This document shows, piece after piece, positions 21,644 through 31,466 of a stretch of DNA of 64,000 nt. The position numbers were made by a program, and so were the translations under genes. The notes under the pieces are model-generated. The model was not told the origin of the DNA, ran no database searches, and was given only the letters and a program-made list of their open reading frames with translations. Origin of the DNA: a virus; IMG/VR virus record IMGVR_UViG_3300008262_000018, positions 57,097-121,096 of that record. The stretch is one strand, 5' to 3'. Every line of letters starts with the position of its first letter. Position 1 is the first letter of the stretch.

Positions 21644-22495
21644 TTAAAAAATGTATCTGATATTGTCTGGATTAAAATATTCACAATATAGTGCAGTAAA
21701 ATCTTTTACCATTTGTTTCTTAAGCTGCCATTGATATCTAATGTTATCTGGTGCATATTGCGAGTCTTTAGATTCTTGTATTTCAGGTTTCCATAGAAGC
21801 TCTCTCACTTCTTCTGAATTCCTTTCATGCTGAAACTTATTATGTGTCAAAAATATACATTCGCATTTAACATCTATACCTGCAGCCTTCACTTCTTCAA
21901 ATAGTTTTCTGTACTCATCTAACCATCCTTCTTCATAAATAATAGGACTGTAATTTATATGCACTTCCATATACTTCTGAAGATGGGGTATAGATTTTAT
22001 TCTATCTGATATAAGATCTGTACCTGGTTCTAGTACACTAGAATACTTCTGAGGCATCAAGCTCACCCTAATTCTGTGCTTACCTGGTAACAAATTGTAG
22101 TCATCTATAGGAAATCTAGTAGGATATTTAGTGGCAAATGTACTCTTAGCTTGTATAGAGCCATTAAAAAAGTTAAATACCTGCTGCCAATCATAATGTT
22201 TAGACATTAAAGCTACATCTGTACTACATCCTATATCTATAGTATAATACTTATTATCTGTTTGATTAGGAACTTTGGGCCAGGGTTGCTTCTCTATCCA
22301 GTTAAGCATAGAAAGCTTTATATCATTTATATTCTCATTTATATATACCTTATCATGATTATATCGTCCTACATAACAATAAGACTTCATACAACCTCCT
22401 AAACATCCATAAATAAAATTGGGCGCAATTGCATCTGAACTGCGCCCATTGTCTCTAGTTTTTAGGGTCTTTGTTTTTTGCTTTATTATCTTCAT
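21644..22495 (-). CDS. Spore photoproduct lyase (SplB)-like radical SAM protein
   Basis: APNFIYGCLGGCMKSYCY Cys cluster; DIGCSTD, FATKY, RVSLMPQ, EVHINYSPII motifs of the SPL family. Confidence 0.8.
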   Translation of the reverse strand: MKIIKQKTKTLKTRDNGRSSDAIAPNFIYGCLGGCMKSYCYVGRYNHDKVYINENINDIKLSMLNWIEKQPWPKVPNQTDNKYYTIDIGCSTDVALMSKHYDWQQVFNFFNGSIQAKSTFATKYPTRFPIDDYNLLPGKHRIRVSLMPQKYSSVLEPGTDLISDRIKSIPHLQKYMEVHINYSPIIYEEGWLDEYRKLFEEVKAAGIDVKCECIFLTHNKFQHERNSEEVRELLWKPEIQESKDSQYAPDNIRYQWQLKKQMVKDFTALYCEYFNPDNIRYIF

Positions 22496-23238
22496 AATAG
22501 TAGTAATAGTAATACAGTTAATACACTTCCTCCTACAGCTCCTTGAACCAAGCCACTTCCATAAGAAGGTTTAGGTTTCTTGTCAAATAGAAACGCATCC
22601 ACACCTGTGTTTTGAAAATACGGATTGGTATGTTTAATCTCAACTCTTGTCCTTGAAGGAACATAAAGTTTGAACTTACCTTTTGTGTTTTTACGAAAAA
22701 GACCCCCTTTCATCTCTGTTAATGCAACATATTGAGAATCAATGAATTTAACTTCATTCATTCTAATTCCTTGCTTTTCAACAGTGGCATCTATTTTGTA
22801 ATATGCTGTAGAGTCTTTTGCTTTAGATCCTATCCTTACAGTGCTATCTTCGTAGTATTTAATTACATCTGCACAAATAGCTAATACACTATCTTCCCAC
22901 TGTTTCATTTTAGAAGTATCAACATAAGGGATAGGCTTGTCTTTAATAACAACTTCTGTACCTTGCGCTATAAGAGCTTGCACTTCTTTTACTTTTTTAT
23001 TATACTCATCTCTAGTTTTAAAAAGTCTAGCTCTTAAATCTTGTATACTTTCTTGATTTGTAACTATTTCTACATCTTTAACAGTGATAATATTACCAAG
23101 ACTATCTTTAATTTTATTAGCTTGTGTCAACTCAATCTGTAATTTTTCAAATTGTTCTTGTTGATCACAACTTTTAATTAATAAAGAAACTAAAATAGCA
23201 ATAAGTGCTATAATAAATAAATCTTTAACCCATTTCAT
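22492..23238 (-). CDS. Membrane protein, possible unimolecular spanin
   Basis: N-terminal hydrophobic segment ending IKSC, coiled coil, beta-rich middle, C-terminal TM helix. Confidence 0.45.
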   Translation of the reverse strand: MKWVKDLFIIALIAILVSLLIKSCDQQEQFEKLQIELTQANKIKDSLGNIITVKDVEIVTNQESIQDLRARLFKTRDEYNKKVKEVQALIAQGTEVVIKDKPIPYVDTSKMKQWEDSVLAICADVIKYYEDSTVRIGSKAKDSTAYYKIDATVEKQGIRMNEVKFIDSQYVALTEMKGGLFRKNTKGKFKLYVPSRTRVEIKHTNPYFQNTGVDAFLFDKKPKPSYGSGLVQGAVGGSVLTVLLLLLL

Positions 23239-23252
23239 CTTTTAATTTTTTT

Positions 23253-23882
23253 TTAATTTGTTAATAATTTTTGTTCTATTAATATACCTTCTACAGTAAA
23301 AGCAAGTGATACTAAATCTGAAACATTCCCTACTTTATAATCAAAGTTCCAACTATCTAGTGCAGTTTCAGAAGCGTGAGCATTAATTGGTTTACAAAAA
23401 GGTCTATCAACTCTTATGATTATTCCTCCTTTATCTTTAATAGCTTTAGCTTCATTAGGAAATCTAACATCTGTTATAATCCATTTTGATAAAGGAGTAT
23501 AGTCACACATTAAAGCATTCACCCATGTGTTAGTATGCAAACATTCTCTTAATGCATTTGTACCAAGTATTTGAAGAAACTCACGATGTGTAAGTGGTAT
23601 TCCATGAACGTTCCATTCTGGTCCAAGTTTTTCTTTTTTAAACTCTTGATCTTCGAATTTTTCAATAGGAATACCAGTAAGCAAGGAAGCTACTTGTTTT
23701 AGCTTCCCTGCAAACTTTTTAATTTCCCATTCAGATTGTTCTTCAAGCATCCACTCATATTCAATATAATTATCTAGTATTTTTTTTAGATCAACGCCAT
23801 TAAAAGCACTTAACAAATACTGAATAATTTTTCCTACTGTGTCTTTACCTGAGCCTGCGTAGCCATTAATTCCAATTAGCAT
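23253..23882 (-). CDS. Deoxynucleoside monophosphate kinase
   Basis: GINGYAGSGKDT P-loop, FAGKLK, REFLQILGT, IITDVRFPNE, HASET. Confidence 0.9.
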   Translation of the reverse strand: MLIGINGYAGSGKDTVGKIIQYLLSAFNGVDLKKILDNYIEYEWMLEEQSEWEIKKFAGKLKQVASLLTGIPIEKFEDQEFKKEKLGPEWNVHGIPLTHREFLQILGTNALRECLHTNTWVNALMCDYTPLSKWIITDVRFPNEAKAIKDKGGIIIRVDRPFCKPINAHASETALDSWNFDYKVGNVSDLVSLAFTVEGILIEQKLLTN

Positions 23883-23883
23883 A

Positions 23884-25818
23884 TTAAAAAAGAGTTAGTT
23901 GTACAGAATGTCTTTGGGATATAACTTCAATTTGTTCTATCTGTTTGTAAATCTCTTCTAGATAGTATTTTACATTGATATTATAATTCTCAAAAGGGAT
24001 TGTTTCATCGATAGTATTTATAACTGTTTGCATCCACTCTCCTGCTTCCACTTGTATTTGTCTACCATCCGTGTGCTTTTTAATAAGCTTACATCCATTA
24101 TTAGATATATAATATCTTACTATTTTTTGAAGAGGTGTTCTAGATAGTTCTCCTTTCTCAACACATGTTTCTTCAAACTTCCATCCAGCTTTAGCTTTAA
24201 CACCTGCGCAATAGTCATATATGTTTTGATTCTGTTCTAAGAACTCTTCTGGTTTTATACCATGAACAAAATATCCATATATAGCTTTAGGAATGATGAG
24301 AAAACTTTTGTTCTTGTGAAACACACTTACCTTTTTCTTTTCTAAGTCTTCCCATTCAAATGCGCCTTTACACTTCACTTTCCCTGACTTATGTACAGCA
24401 ATATAGTTATTAACATCTCTAATAATCATCTTACTATATTCATCGTGTTCAAGACTTAGTTGTGTAAGCTTTTCCCATTTCTCACATACTTTCATGTACA
24501 AAGGTACAGATTCTGTTGGAATCATCATCTCTAAACCATCTGTATTTTGCATAAGAGGTATACCATCTGGAATAGCCAAACTTAACATTTCGTAGAGTTT
24601 AGAAAGAAGAAGTTGCCCATTAATGGTAATCTGCATAGTCATCTTTGGATCATACAGAAAACTATTCTCATCACCTGTCAAACCATATGTACTATTAAGA
24701 ATAATCTTATATACATAGTTTTTAGGGTCTGTTTTAGGTAGTTTCTTTCTTTCTTCAAAGAACCACTCATACAGCTCACAGAATTCTTTTTGAGGGAGAT
24801 GTGCTGGATGAAATCCATTTTTAATAGCTAGATTGGGATAGAAGCTTGTAACATCTGAAGTCATAATAGTCCATCCAGGTTGGGCTTCATAAACTCCTGT
24901 ATCAGCAGCACCGTGGATACCACCTAAACCATAATCTGTTTTAACACCTTTATGATTTATAGTAAATTTAAACCCATCTTTTGTAGAAGTTATCACCTTA
25001 CTTTTAAAGTAGTTATAAACTTTCTGAAATTCTGATGTTTCAAAACTTACATAAGGAAGGATGCAAGATCCAAGATCAATCATAGAACGCTTTGTTCTAA
25101 GCTGCTTAATCTCAGACTTATCCATTTGAATCTTCTCTTCTAAGAAATGAAGAAACAACTCTTTAGATATTCTAGGTTCTGATGCTGAATAAAGATCTAT
25201 ACCATATTCTGCTGTAAGAGTTTGTCTAAGAGCTATTTGTTCTTTAGAATGTTCTAGCACTTTCTTAGTAGACATTACGTCATTAACACAATACTTAACA
25301 ACAGAATTTAAAGTGTGAGAATCTGTCACAGGTTCAAAGTGAGGATGTGGCATATCTTCTACATTCTGCCAATCCATAGAGAATTGTATCCATTTTAAAC
25401 TACTCATCTTAGCTTTATTATCCCAGTGATTCATTTTAAATAAATCTATCTGTCTAATCTTAAGCTTGTTTGGTGAATACTTTTGAAACTCGCCTTTGTC
25501 TGTACGCTCTATCACTTCTTGTGCAAACTTATATAACTCCTTAGCTAAGTCTTCACCAGATAGTTTAGCAAACTTAGATTCGTTATTAAGAATGTGCTGA
25601 GTTATTTGAGCGTCAAATGCCAAACCATTATAAGAGATGTGCCACTCTTTATGTTTGACATTTCCTTTTAAGAAGCTTATAAAACGAGTGAAGTCATTTG
25701 TCGATTTATTTATGACAAATGTCCTTTTAACAGAGTCATCTTTATAGTGAACAAATACACCTACGAAACAATTACAAATGGTTTCGTAGTCCATTACCCA
25801 ATGATTTTTCTTTTCCAT
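23884..25818 (-). CDS. DNA polymerase family B
   Basis: Exo DYET and YNGLAFD; polymerase motifs SDVTSFYPN, KIILNSTYG, NTDG. Confidence 0.92.
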   Translation of the reverse strand: MEKKNHWVMDYETICNCFVGVFVHYKDDSVKRTFVINKSTNDFTRFISFLKGNVKHKEWHISYNGLAFDAQITQHILNNESKFAKLSGEDLAKELYKFAQEVIERTDKGEFQKYSPNKLKIRQIDLFKMNHWDNKAKMSSLKWIQFSMDWQNVEDMPHPHFEPVTDSHTLNSVVKYCVNDVMSTKKVLEHSKEQIALRQTLTAEYGIDLYSASEPRISKELFLHFLEEKIQMDKSEIKQLRTKRSMIDLGSCILPYVSFETSEFQKVYNYFKSKVITSTKDGFKFTINHKGVKTDYGLGGIHGAADTGVYEAQPGWTIMTSDVTSFYPNLAIKNGFHPAHLPQKEFCELYEWFFEERKKLPKTDPKNYVYKIILNSTYGLTGDENSFLYDPKMTMQITINGQLLLSKLYEMLSLAIPDGIPLMQNTDGLEMMIPTESVPLYMKVCEKWEKLTQLSLEHDEYSKMIIRDVNNYIAVHKSGKVKCKGAFEWEDLEKKKVSVFHKNKSFLIIPKAIYGYFVHGIKPEEFLEQNQNIYDYCAGVKAKAGWKFEETCVEKGELSRTPLQKIVRYYISNNGCKLIKKHTDGRQIQVEAGEWMQTVINTIDETIPFENYNINVKYYLEEIYKQIEQIEVISQRHSVQLTLF

Positions 25819-25864
25819 GTCCTTTGTGTTCAGTTAAGCTGTTCCCCCTTAAAATGTAAAGATA

Positions 25865-25897
25865 AAAAAAGGAGAGATATAAAATCTCTCCTTTCTT
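25865..25897 (-). terminator. Intrinsic terminator
   Basis: aaaggagagat-ataaa-atctctccttt with U-tract on the minus strand. Confidence 0.7.
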
Positions 25898-25913
25898 ATT
25901 TTTTATAAACTTT

Positions 25914-26315
25914 TTACAGAGCTGTAAGAAGTGACTTCTGTGGTTGTGCTTCTTTAATCATCAGTGTTTTGAAATCAAAATCATCTGCATTTAATGCAAA
26001 ACGATTTACAATTGTTTCAATCTCTTCAGGAACTTCTACAAAATATTCGTAGTAAGTGTCAAGAGTCTTACGCTCTTCTGCATAGTCTTTACCATTAGAA
26101 CGCTTTCCTACTTTCATAGGAACTACGTCTCCCCACTCATTAAGTTTAGCCATCATGTGCATTGTTTGCTTTTGTTCTTTAGAAATAAGAGCAAGAACAC
26201 CTGCTTGAGGATCATAAATAGCTTCGTTGTAAGGACATTCAAGTGTGATTGGGATCATTTTGAATGTCTTTTGTTGTCCCCATGTGGACGTTACTAACAT
26301 CATTGAATCTTTCAT
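25914..26315 (-). CDS. Hypothetical protein
   Basis: 133-aa ORF within the replication operon. Confidence 0.7.
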   Translation of the reverse strand: MKDSMMLVTSTWGQQKTFKMIPITLECPYNEAIYDPQAGVLALISKEQKQTMHMMAKLNEWGDVVPMKVGKRSNGKDYAEERKTLDTYYEYFVEVPEEIETIVNRFALNADDFDFKTLMIKEAQPQKSLLTAL

Positions 26316-26333
26316 AATAGTTTTTTTGTAAAG

Positions 26334-26891
26334 TTAATTATCTTTTTTTGAAAGTTCCAAACTTTTTATTGGAACAGTTAATGTTTCTTTGTCAAGATCG
26401 CAAGGATCACACAGCTCACCTATCTTTTTAAGATCTACAATATCTACGTCTAATAGTTTAGCATAGACATCAAAGTATTTCTCTGGAAAAAGATAGCTTT
26501 CCATATACTCATATTCTGCAGACTTCTCTCCATAATATGACTTAATTGCTTTCTTAAATGTTGAAGACAACTTGGAATATTTACCTAAGAGAAAGTTAAA
26601 CCAATCAGATTCATAAACTCTAAGATCAAATATATAAAGTTTATAACCTTCCAACTCAATGATTCTATCAAAAAGTGGATTAGTTATTAACATTTGTTCT
26701 TCAAAGTTTTTGAATTCAGCGGTATCTTCTTGCTTAAAAGTACATATTAGTTTGACATCAACAGCATCTATAAGATTTTCAATAGCAATATATGTTCCTG
26801 TAGGAGCTGTGTAACTTCCTTTTTTTATACCTAAAATAGGGTATAAAAAAGATTTTGACTTTTGGAAATATTTAGAATAGATGCTATTCAT
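26334..26891 (-). CDS. Hypothetical protein
   Basis: 185-aa ORF within the operon. Confidence 0.7.
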   Translation of the reverse strand: MNSIYSKYFQKSKSFLYPILGIKKGSYTAPTGTYIAIENLIDAVDVKLICTFKQEDTAEFKNFEEQMLITNPLFDRIIELEGYKLYIFDLRVYESDWFNFLLGKYSKLSSTFKKAIKSYYGEKSAEYEYMESYLFPEKYFDVYAKLLDVDIVDLKKIGELCDPCDLDKETLTVPIKSLELSKKDN

Positions 26892-26901
26892 TGATTTCTT
26901 T

Positions 26902-27960
26902 TTACAACACGACCTTTCCTAGTGCAAATTCGTATGGTAGGTCGTATCTTTTGTTTATATAATGCCATTCGGCTTTTTCCAAACACGTTAAAAATCTTGT
27001 TAACCAATCTCCTAATGTTTTAGTGCTTACTAAAAACGGGTAGACATTGAACATTTTATCTATTACAATAAATCTAAATTCAACAGAATACCCTTCAGTA
27101 TCAATATAATTAAAAAACTTGGTAGTAACAAGAGTTGTGTATATCACTGCTTGCATCCAATAAGAGTAAAATTCAACAGAATCCTGGAAATCTTTTAGAT
27201 CTTTACTTGTAGTTTTAACATCATTAATACGAATAACTTTTTTATCGTGATCTACTACAATGTTATCAATAATACCTTTAAGACCAAAAGGTTTGCCATT
27301 CATTTGTGCATTTAACAAAACCTCGTTATAAACATCTTTATTGTCAAACTCTGTTACGTTACATCCTATAAGTTCACATATTTGAACATCTGTCTTAATA
27401 AGATCTACAGCATTTTTACAAAACTCATACGTTTGTTGATCTATTAATGTTTTATTTCCTTTTGTTTTAAGAAAATCCCAATAGTTAATAGCATCACCTG
27501 TAAGAATTTTATCAAGACGCTGCTGATCTGTTTTTAAAGATTGATGTAAGTTTATATCTTTAAGAACATCTAATATTGCTTGATCAAAATCTTCTAGTCT
27601 ATCTCTTTCATCTCCGTTTTTCTCAAGTTCAAGGTGATGAAAAAATACTCTATCAATAACTAATTTAAGATTACCTGTAGGAAGAACACCAGGGCTAATA
27701 ATAAACAAGTCATTGAATTTATTTTCTTCTAGCAATAAAGCGTGTATAATTTTACCATGTACTAAATGTGCATCAGTTTTTTCTTCTTTCATTTTAAGAA
27801 TGTATAGCTGATGAAACACAACAGGGTTCCACAATAGTTTGTTCAAACTACTGTAAGAAAATTCAAAAGGTTTACTATAAAACTCATCTTGCAGAATCTT
27901 AACTGATTCTGTAGCTAAGTCTGCGATCATTTTGTCTTCAAAAAATTCATCTAGTTCCAT
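26902..27960 (-). CDS. PD-(D/E)xK exonuclease (RecE/ExoVIII/Cas4-like)
   Basis: FSYSSL, GKIIHALLLE, E..LKGIIDNI..INDVKTT, YWMQAVIY. Confidence 0.85.
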   Translation of the reverse strand: MELDEFFEDKMIADLATESVKILQDEFYSKPFEFSYSSLNKLLWNPVVFHQLYILKMKEEKTDAHLVHGKIIHALLLEENKFNDLFIISPGVLPTGNLKLVIDRVFFHHLELEKNGDERDRLEDFDQAILDVLKDINLHQSLKTDQQRLDKILTGDAINYWDFLKTKGNKTLIDQQTYEFCKNAVDLIKTDVQICELIGCNVTEFDNKDVYNEVLLNAQMNGKPFGLKGIIDNIVVDHDKKVIRINDVKTTSKDLKDFQDSVEFYSYWMQAVIYTTLVTTKFFNYIDTEGYSVEFRFIVIDKMFNVYPFLVSTKTLGDWLTRFLTCLEKAEWHYINKRYDLPYEFALGKVVL

Positions 27961-28133
27961 ACTCCTAATTCTTTTAAAATTATTGTAATTCTTGATGCAG
28001 TGTCTTTGTCTTTTGTTAACGCTTCTTCATATTCTAAAAAGTCTGTTAACACTTTAATTTTTTTTCTTTGATTCTCAAAGTGTTCTATAATTATTTCATC
28101 TGCTGGTCGATTATCATCATTATGCATTTCCAT
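27951..28133 (-). CDS. Hypothetical protein
   Basis: Short ORF overlapping neighbours; start moved to the MEMHND ATG. Confidence 0.55.
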   Translation of the reverse strand: MEMHNDDNRPADEIIIEHFENQRKKIKVLTDFLEYEEALTKDKDTASRITIILKELGVWN

Positions 28134-28530
28134 TTTTTTCAGTTTTAGTTTTAATATCGTGACAACCAGAGCATAACACTTGCAAGTTGTCTGCTTCACA
28201 AAATAGTCTTTCTACAAACCCAGGAAGATCATTAGCACACTTTAGTGTACCAGCAGGAATGATGTGATCAACATTGATATTCTTTTCAGGATGCCATTGT
28301 TTACACTCGTTACACTGATACTCAAACTTTTGTCTTTTGTTTGGACCCTTATATGCTCTACGTGCTTTCATCTTACACTGAGTGATAGGTTTCCACCATC
28401 TAGACTTTTGTCGTAACGCGCTTCTAATAAAACTCCAAAAAGCTGATTCTGTCATAGTTCCTGCGTTTCTTGGCTTAGGAGTAACAGCTCTTACTTTTCT
28501 AGGTTTTTTATATACCTTCTTGCGTTTCAT
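28120..28530 (-). CDS. HNH endonuclease
   Basis: CNEC..VDHIIP..NLQVLCSGCHDIKT. Confidence 0.85.
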   Translation of the reverse strand: MKRKKVYKKPRKVRAVTPKPRNAGTMTESAFWSFIRSALRQKSRWWKPITQCKMKARRAYKGPNKRQKFEYQCNECKQWHPEKNINVDHIIPAGTLKCANDLPGFVERLFCEADNLQVLCSGCHDIKTKTEKNGNA

Positions 28531-29497
28531 TTATTTTCTTATTTATTATAGGGACAATATAGTCTCTCACCTTCTTTGCACCATGATCTCTGATACTATC
28601 TGATATATCCTTACTCAAAGGTAGCAAAGCTGTTTTAATAAAACTATATCTTTCTCTATATTTTTCCATTGCTTCAATACCAGCTTTATCATTGTCAAAC
28701 ATTACAATAATGTTCTCATATTCATTTTGCCAGCATTCTATATCAGAAGATGGTAACATTGAATTCTCAGAAGCTGCTGCAACTATGTTTAAATTAGCTA
28801 GCTTTAATGATTTTAAAGACATAACATCTTTTAAACTAGATGTAATAATAAGATGCTTATACGGAGGTTTGCATTGTTCTGCACCTTGTATATGACTCTT
28901 AATATTTATAAACTTCTTGTCTAAATTCTTTGGTTGGTATATCTTATAAAGAGTGCCATCTTTTTTAAAATAACCATAAATATAACTTCCTTTGATTTCA
29001 ATTGTATCAGAATCTTTTGTCATAACATATTTTTCCAATGGGAAAACACAATGTTCTTCTAAAAGTCTAGATCCAATATTAAATTGGGTCCAATAATACT
29101 GATCTTTTGTTGTCCAGTCTCTTTTTACAAAAGAAGTCACTTTAAATTTAGAGAATTGTTTTATCTCTTTAGACTCGTATCCGCAGCCACTTTTAAGAAT
29201 ACAATCATTATATTCTTCTATTATCTTTTGACATACATGATGGTACTTGAGTCCTGATATCTCTTTTACAAGATCTACAGCAGACCCATACTTTCCAGAT
29301 GAGAAATCTTTATACCTATAAGTATTATACTTATCAGTATAAAAAATACACATACTGGGAGTTCGTTCTTGATTAAACATAGATTTAATCTTAACGTCTT
29401 GACCTTCAAGCTTTTGATTTAATTTACAATAATGTTCAAATATCCATGTATCTGGGACATCTTTTATATCGTGAACCAAATTTCTTATTCTAAACAT
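28508..29497 (-). CDS. DNA primase (DnaG/Toprim)
   Basis: ERTPSM..YKDFSSG N-terminal domain; ITSSLKDV, MFDNDKAG, KDISD Toprim motifs; likely start MFRIRN. Confidence 0.85.
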   Translation of the reverse strand: MFRIRNLVHDIKDVPDTWIFEHYCKLNQKLEGQDVKIKSMFNQERTPSMCIFYTDKYNTYRYKDFSSGKYGSAVDLVKEISGLKYHHVCQKIIEEYNDCILKSGCGYESKEIKQFSKFKVTSFVKRDWTTKDQYYWTQFNIGSRLLEEHCVFPLEKYVMTKDSDTIEIKGSYIYGYFKKDGTLYKIYQPKNLDKKFINIKSHIQGAEQCKPPYKHLIITSSLKDVMSLKSLKLANLNIVAAASENSMLPSSDIECWQNEYENIIVMFDNDKAGIEAMEKYRERYSFIKTALLPLSKDISDSIRDHGAKKVRDYIVPIINKKINETQEGI

Positions 29498-29511
29498 AGG
29501 CTTAAAAATTA

Positions 29512-29534
29512 AGGGGGTGTAAAAACACCCCCCA
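29512..29534. terminator. Hairpin/terminator
   Basis: gggggtgt-aaaa-acaccccc. Confidence 0.55.
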
Positions 29535-29558
29535 TGGACATGTTGGTTTTCTTCTAAA

Positions 29559-30185
29559 CTATAGATCAAAATCGCTACCAGCAGCTTCAAAACTCTTTAC
29601 AGAAGAGTCTTTAGCTAATGGCTTATAATGATATTGATTATTTTTATCAAATGTATCTATTTCAGATGTAAGATTACCACAGAACTTAAACTTAGGTAGA
29701 GAAAGTTTTACAATAGTTTTACCATTGTATTCTTCTTCGTTACCTTTTAAGAACCAATAAAGATCATGACCTTTGATGATTTCTGTAGCTTTTTCAACCC
29801 ACTGCTCAATAGAAGTGATTTGATGTTGCTCAGAAATATTATCAAGCTCATCTTTAAGTCCAAGCTTTTGTGCAATAACAACAAAACGATTTAAGATTTG
29901 ATTTTTATTGATATCATCTTCGTTATATTGATCAGTCCAAATAGTTCCACTTACACGTGAAGATTGACCTTTAAACTTTGGTCCTTCTAGATCGTTCTTG
30001 TCAATAGCCCATCCTTCAAAGTTCTCAAGTGCTGGTCCTTCCAACACAAACTCAAGCATTTTCTTACCTGTCTTTTCAGATGATTTGATTGTTGCACTAT
30101 GCACGTGAGCTAACACTACACCTGGTTGCAGAGATTTTGAAGGTCCACTGCTGCCTTTGACTTCTTGTCCTTTTGTACTAAACAT
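29559..30185 (-). CDS. Putative single-stranded DNA-binding protein
   Basis: Between AAA ATPase and primase; beta-rich N-terminus, acidic tail SDFDL. Confidence 0.55.
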   Translation of the reverse strand: MFSTKGQEVKGSSGPSKSLQPGVVLAHVHSATIKSSEKTGKKMLEFVLEGPALENFEGWAIDKNDLEGPKFKGQSSRVSGTIWTDQYNEDDINKNQILNRFVVIAQKLGLKDELDNISEQHQITSIEQWVEKATEIIKGHDLYWFLKGNEEEYNGKTIVKLSLPKFKFCGNLTSEIDTFDKNNQYHYKPLAKDSSVKSFEAAGSDFDL

Positions 30186-30218
30186 AATTGTTGTTTTTAA
30201 AATGTAAAAATAAGAGAA

Positions 30219-30902
30219 TTAATTTTCATAATCAAGAATTGCATCACGAACAATTTGCAAATTATTTTCAATTTCCAAACTGTTGAACATCCCTCTAGGA
30301 GACTTACAAGTGTTCTCGCCATTTGTTTGTGTTTCAAACACATAACGAATAACACCTTCTTTGTTTTTCTTCACCTTGCCAAATAGAACAATAGAGAATA
30401 AACCTTCTAATGTAAGTTTTTCATCTACCATACGTCCTATTGTTTTAGCTTTGAATTTACGTTTACCTTCCATATCAGTAGATTCTTCTGCATGCGTTAG
30501 AATAAAGATCATAAGATCATCTCTTAGATCTTTAGGTAGTCTAGCAACACGTGCAAGATGAGCACCAATTTTTGTAAACTTCTCATAGCCTTTTTCATCT
30601 ACCTTGTCAAAAAATTCAAAACTGCTCATGTATTGAAAATCATCAATCACGACATTTTTGATTTCTGGACGTTTCTCACTTATGTAACGTAAGCAAGCTT
30701 CAATACTTTCAGGAGTGGCTTTATCATAAAGATTGCCTCCTAAGTTTTCTTTGCTCCATGCTACATACTTTTTTCTCCATCCTTTAAAAGGAAGAGGTTT
30801 GTTTGCTACATTAATAATGAACGTTTCTTTTGGATCTAGAGCTTCAATACTTGTAGACTTACCTGCTCCAGATTCTGCGATAATGAGGATTCCTTGTCCC
30901 AT
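30219..30902 (-). CDS. AAA_24/Sak4-like ATPase
   Basis: AESGAGKSTS Walker A, VVIDDFQY Walker B, KTIG..EGLF, CKSP. Confidence 0.85.
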   Translation of the reverse strand: MGQGILIIAESGAGKSTSIEALDPKETFIINVANKPLPFKGWRKKYVAWSKENLGGNLYDKATPESIEACLRYISEKRPEIKNVVIDDFQYMSSFEFFDKVDEKGYEKFTKIGAHLARVARLPKDLRDDLMIFILTHAEESTDMEGKRKFKAKTIGRMVDEKLTLEGLFSIVLFGKVKKNKEGVIRYVFETQTNGENTCKSPRGMFNSLEIENNLQIVRDAILDYEN

Positions 30903-30904
30903 AT

Positions 30905-31456
30905 TTACGGTATTTGTTTAATTAGTTCATTGAGCCATCCTTTACTACTAACTGGTTTACCTGTATGAATAGCAATGTAATCTCTTATAGTCATATCACT
31001 ATAAGGAGCATCATCAACAGTTGTGTTAGTACTAAAAATTTTTACAGTGGAAGGTGACTCATCCTTCATCTTTTTTAGAATACTATCTCCACTTAAAACA
31101 GCAGCATCTTTACTAATTGCTACAGAGTGAGGATCAACAGTTCTTAATACTTCTAAGGGTACTAAATATCTATCAGCGTATATAGGATCTGGTATAGCTT
31201 CTTCTTTTTCAGAATTAGGAAGTCTATACACTGTTCTATTTTCATCTGCAAAACCACTATAGTCTCCTTTTACCACTTCAAAGTAGAGACCTTTTGGTTT
31301 TGTAAATTCATACCCCATAATTGGAACCACTATAGTTCCTTCGTGTCTAAAGATTTTCTTGATTGTGAAATCTGTTTCACTAATTCTTAAATCGTTAATT
31401 AAATTTCGATGATAACGTCTTGCTTCAATGAGCAATTCTTCTCTTTCTTTACTCAT
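30905..31456 (-). CDS. Hypothetical protein
   Basis: C-terminal MTIRDYIAIH..PVS..WLN; likely start MSKERE. Confidence 0.7.
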   Translation of the reverse strand: MSKEREELLIEARRYHRNLINDLRISETDFTIKKIFRHEGTIVVPIMGYEFTKPKGLYFEVVKGDYSGFADENRTVYRLPNSEKEEAIPDPIYADRYLVPLEVLRTVDPHSVAISKDAAVLSGDSILKKMKDESPSTVKIFSTNTTVDDAPYSDMTIRDYIAIHTGKPVSSKGWLNELIKQIP

Positions 31457-31466
31457 AATTATTTTT

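Noticed and set aside
26902-27960. Cas4 as an adaptation module for the RAMP array
   Set aside because: It lies ~31 kb away in the replication operon, lacks the Cas4 Fe-S cysteine cluster, and looks like a typical phage exonuclease.
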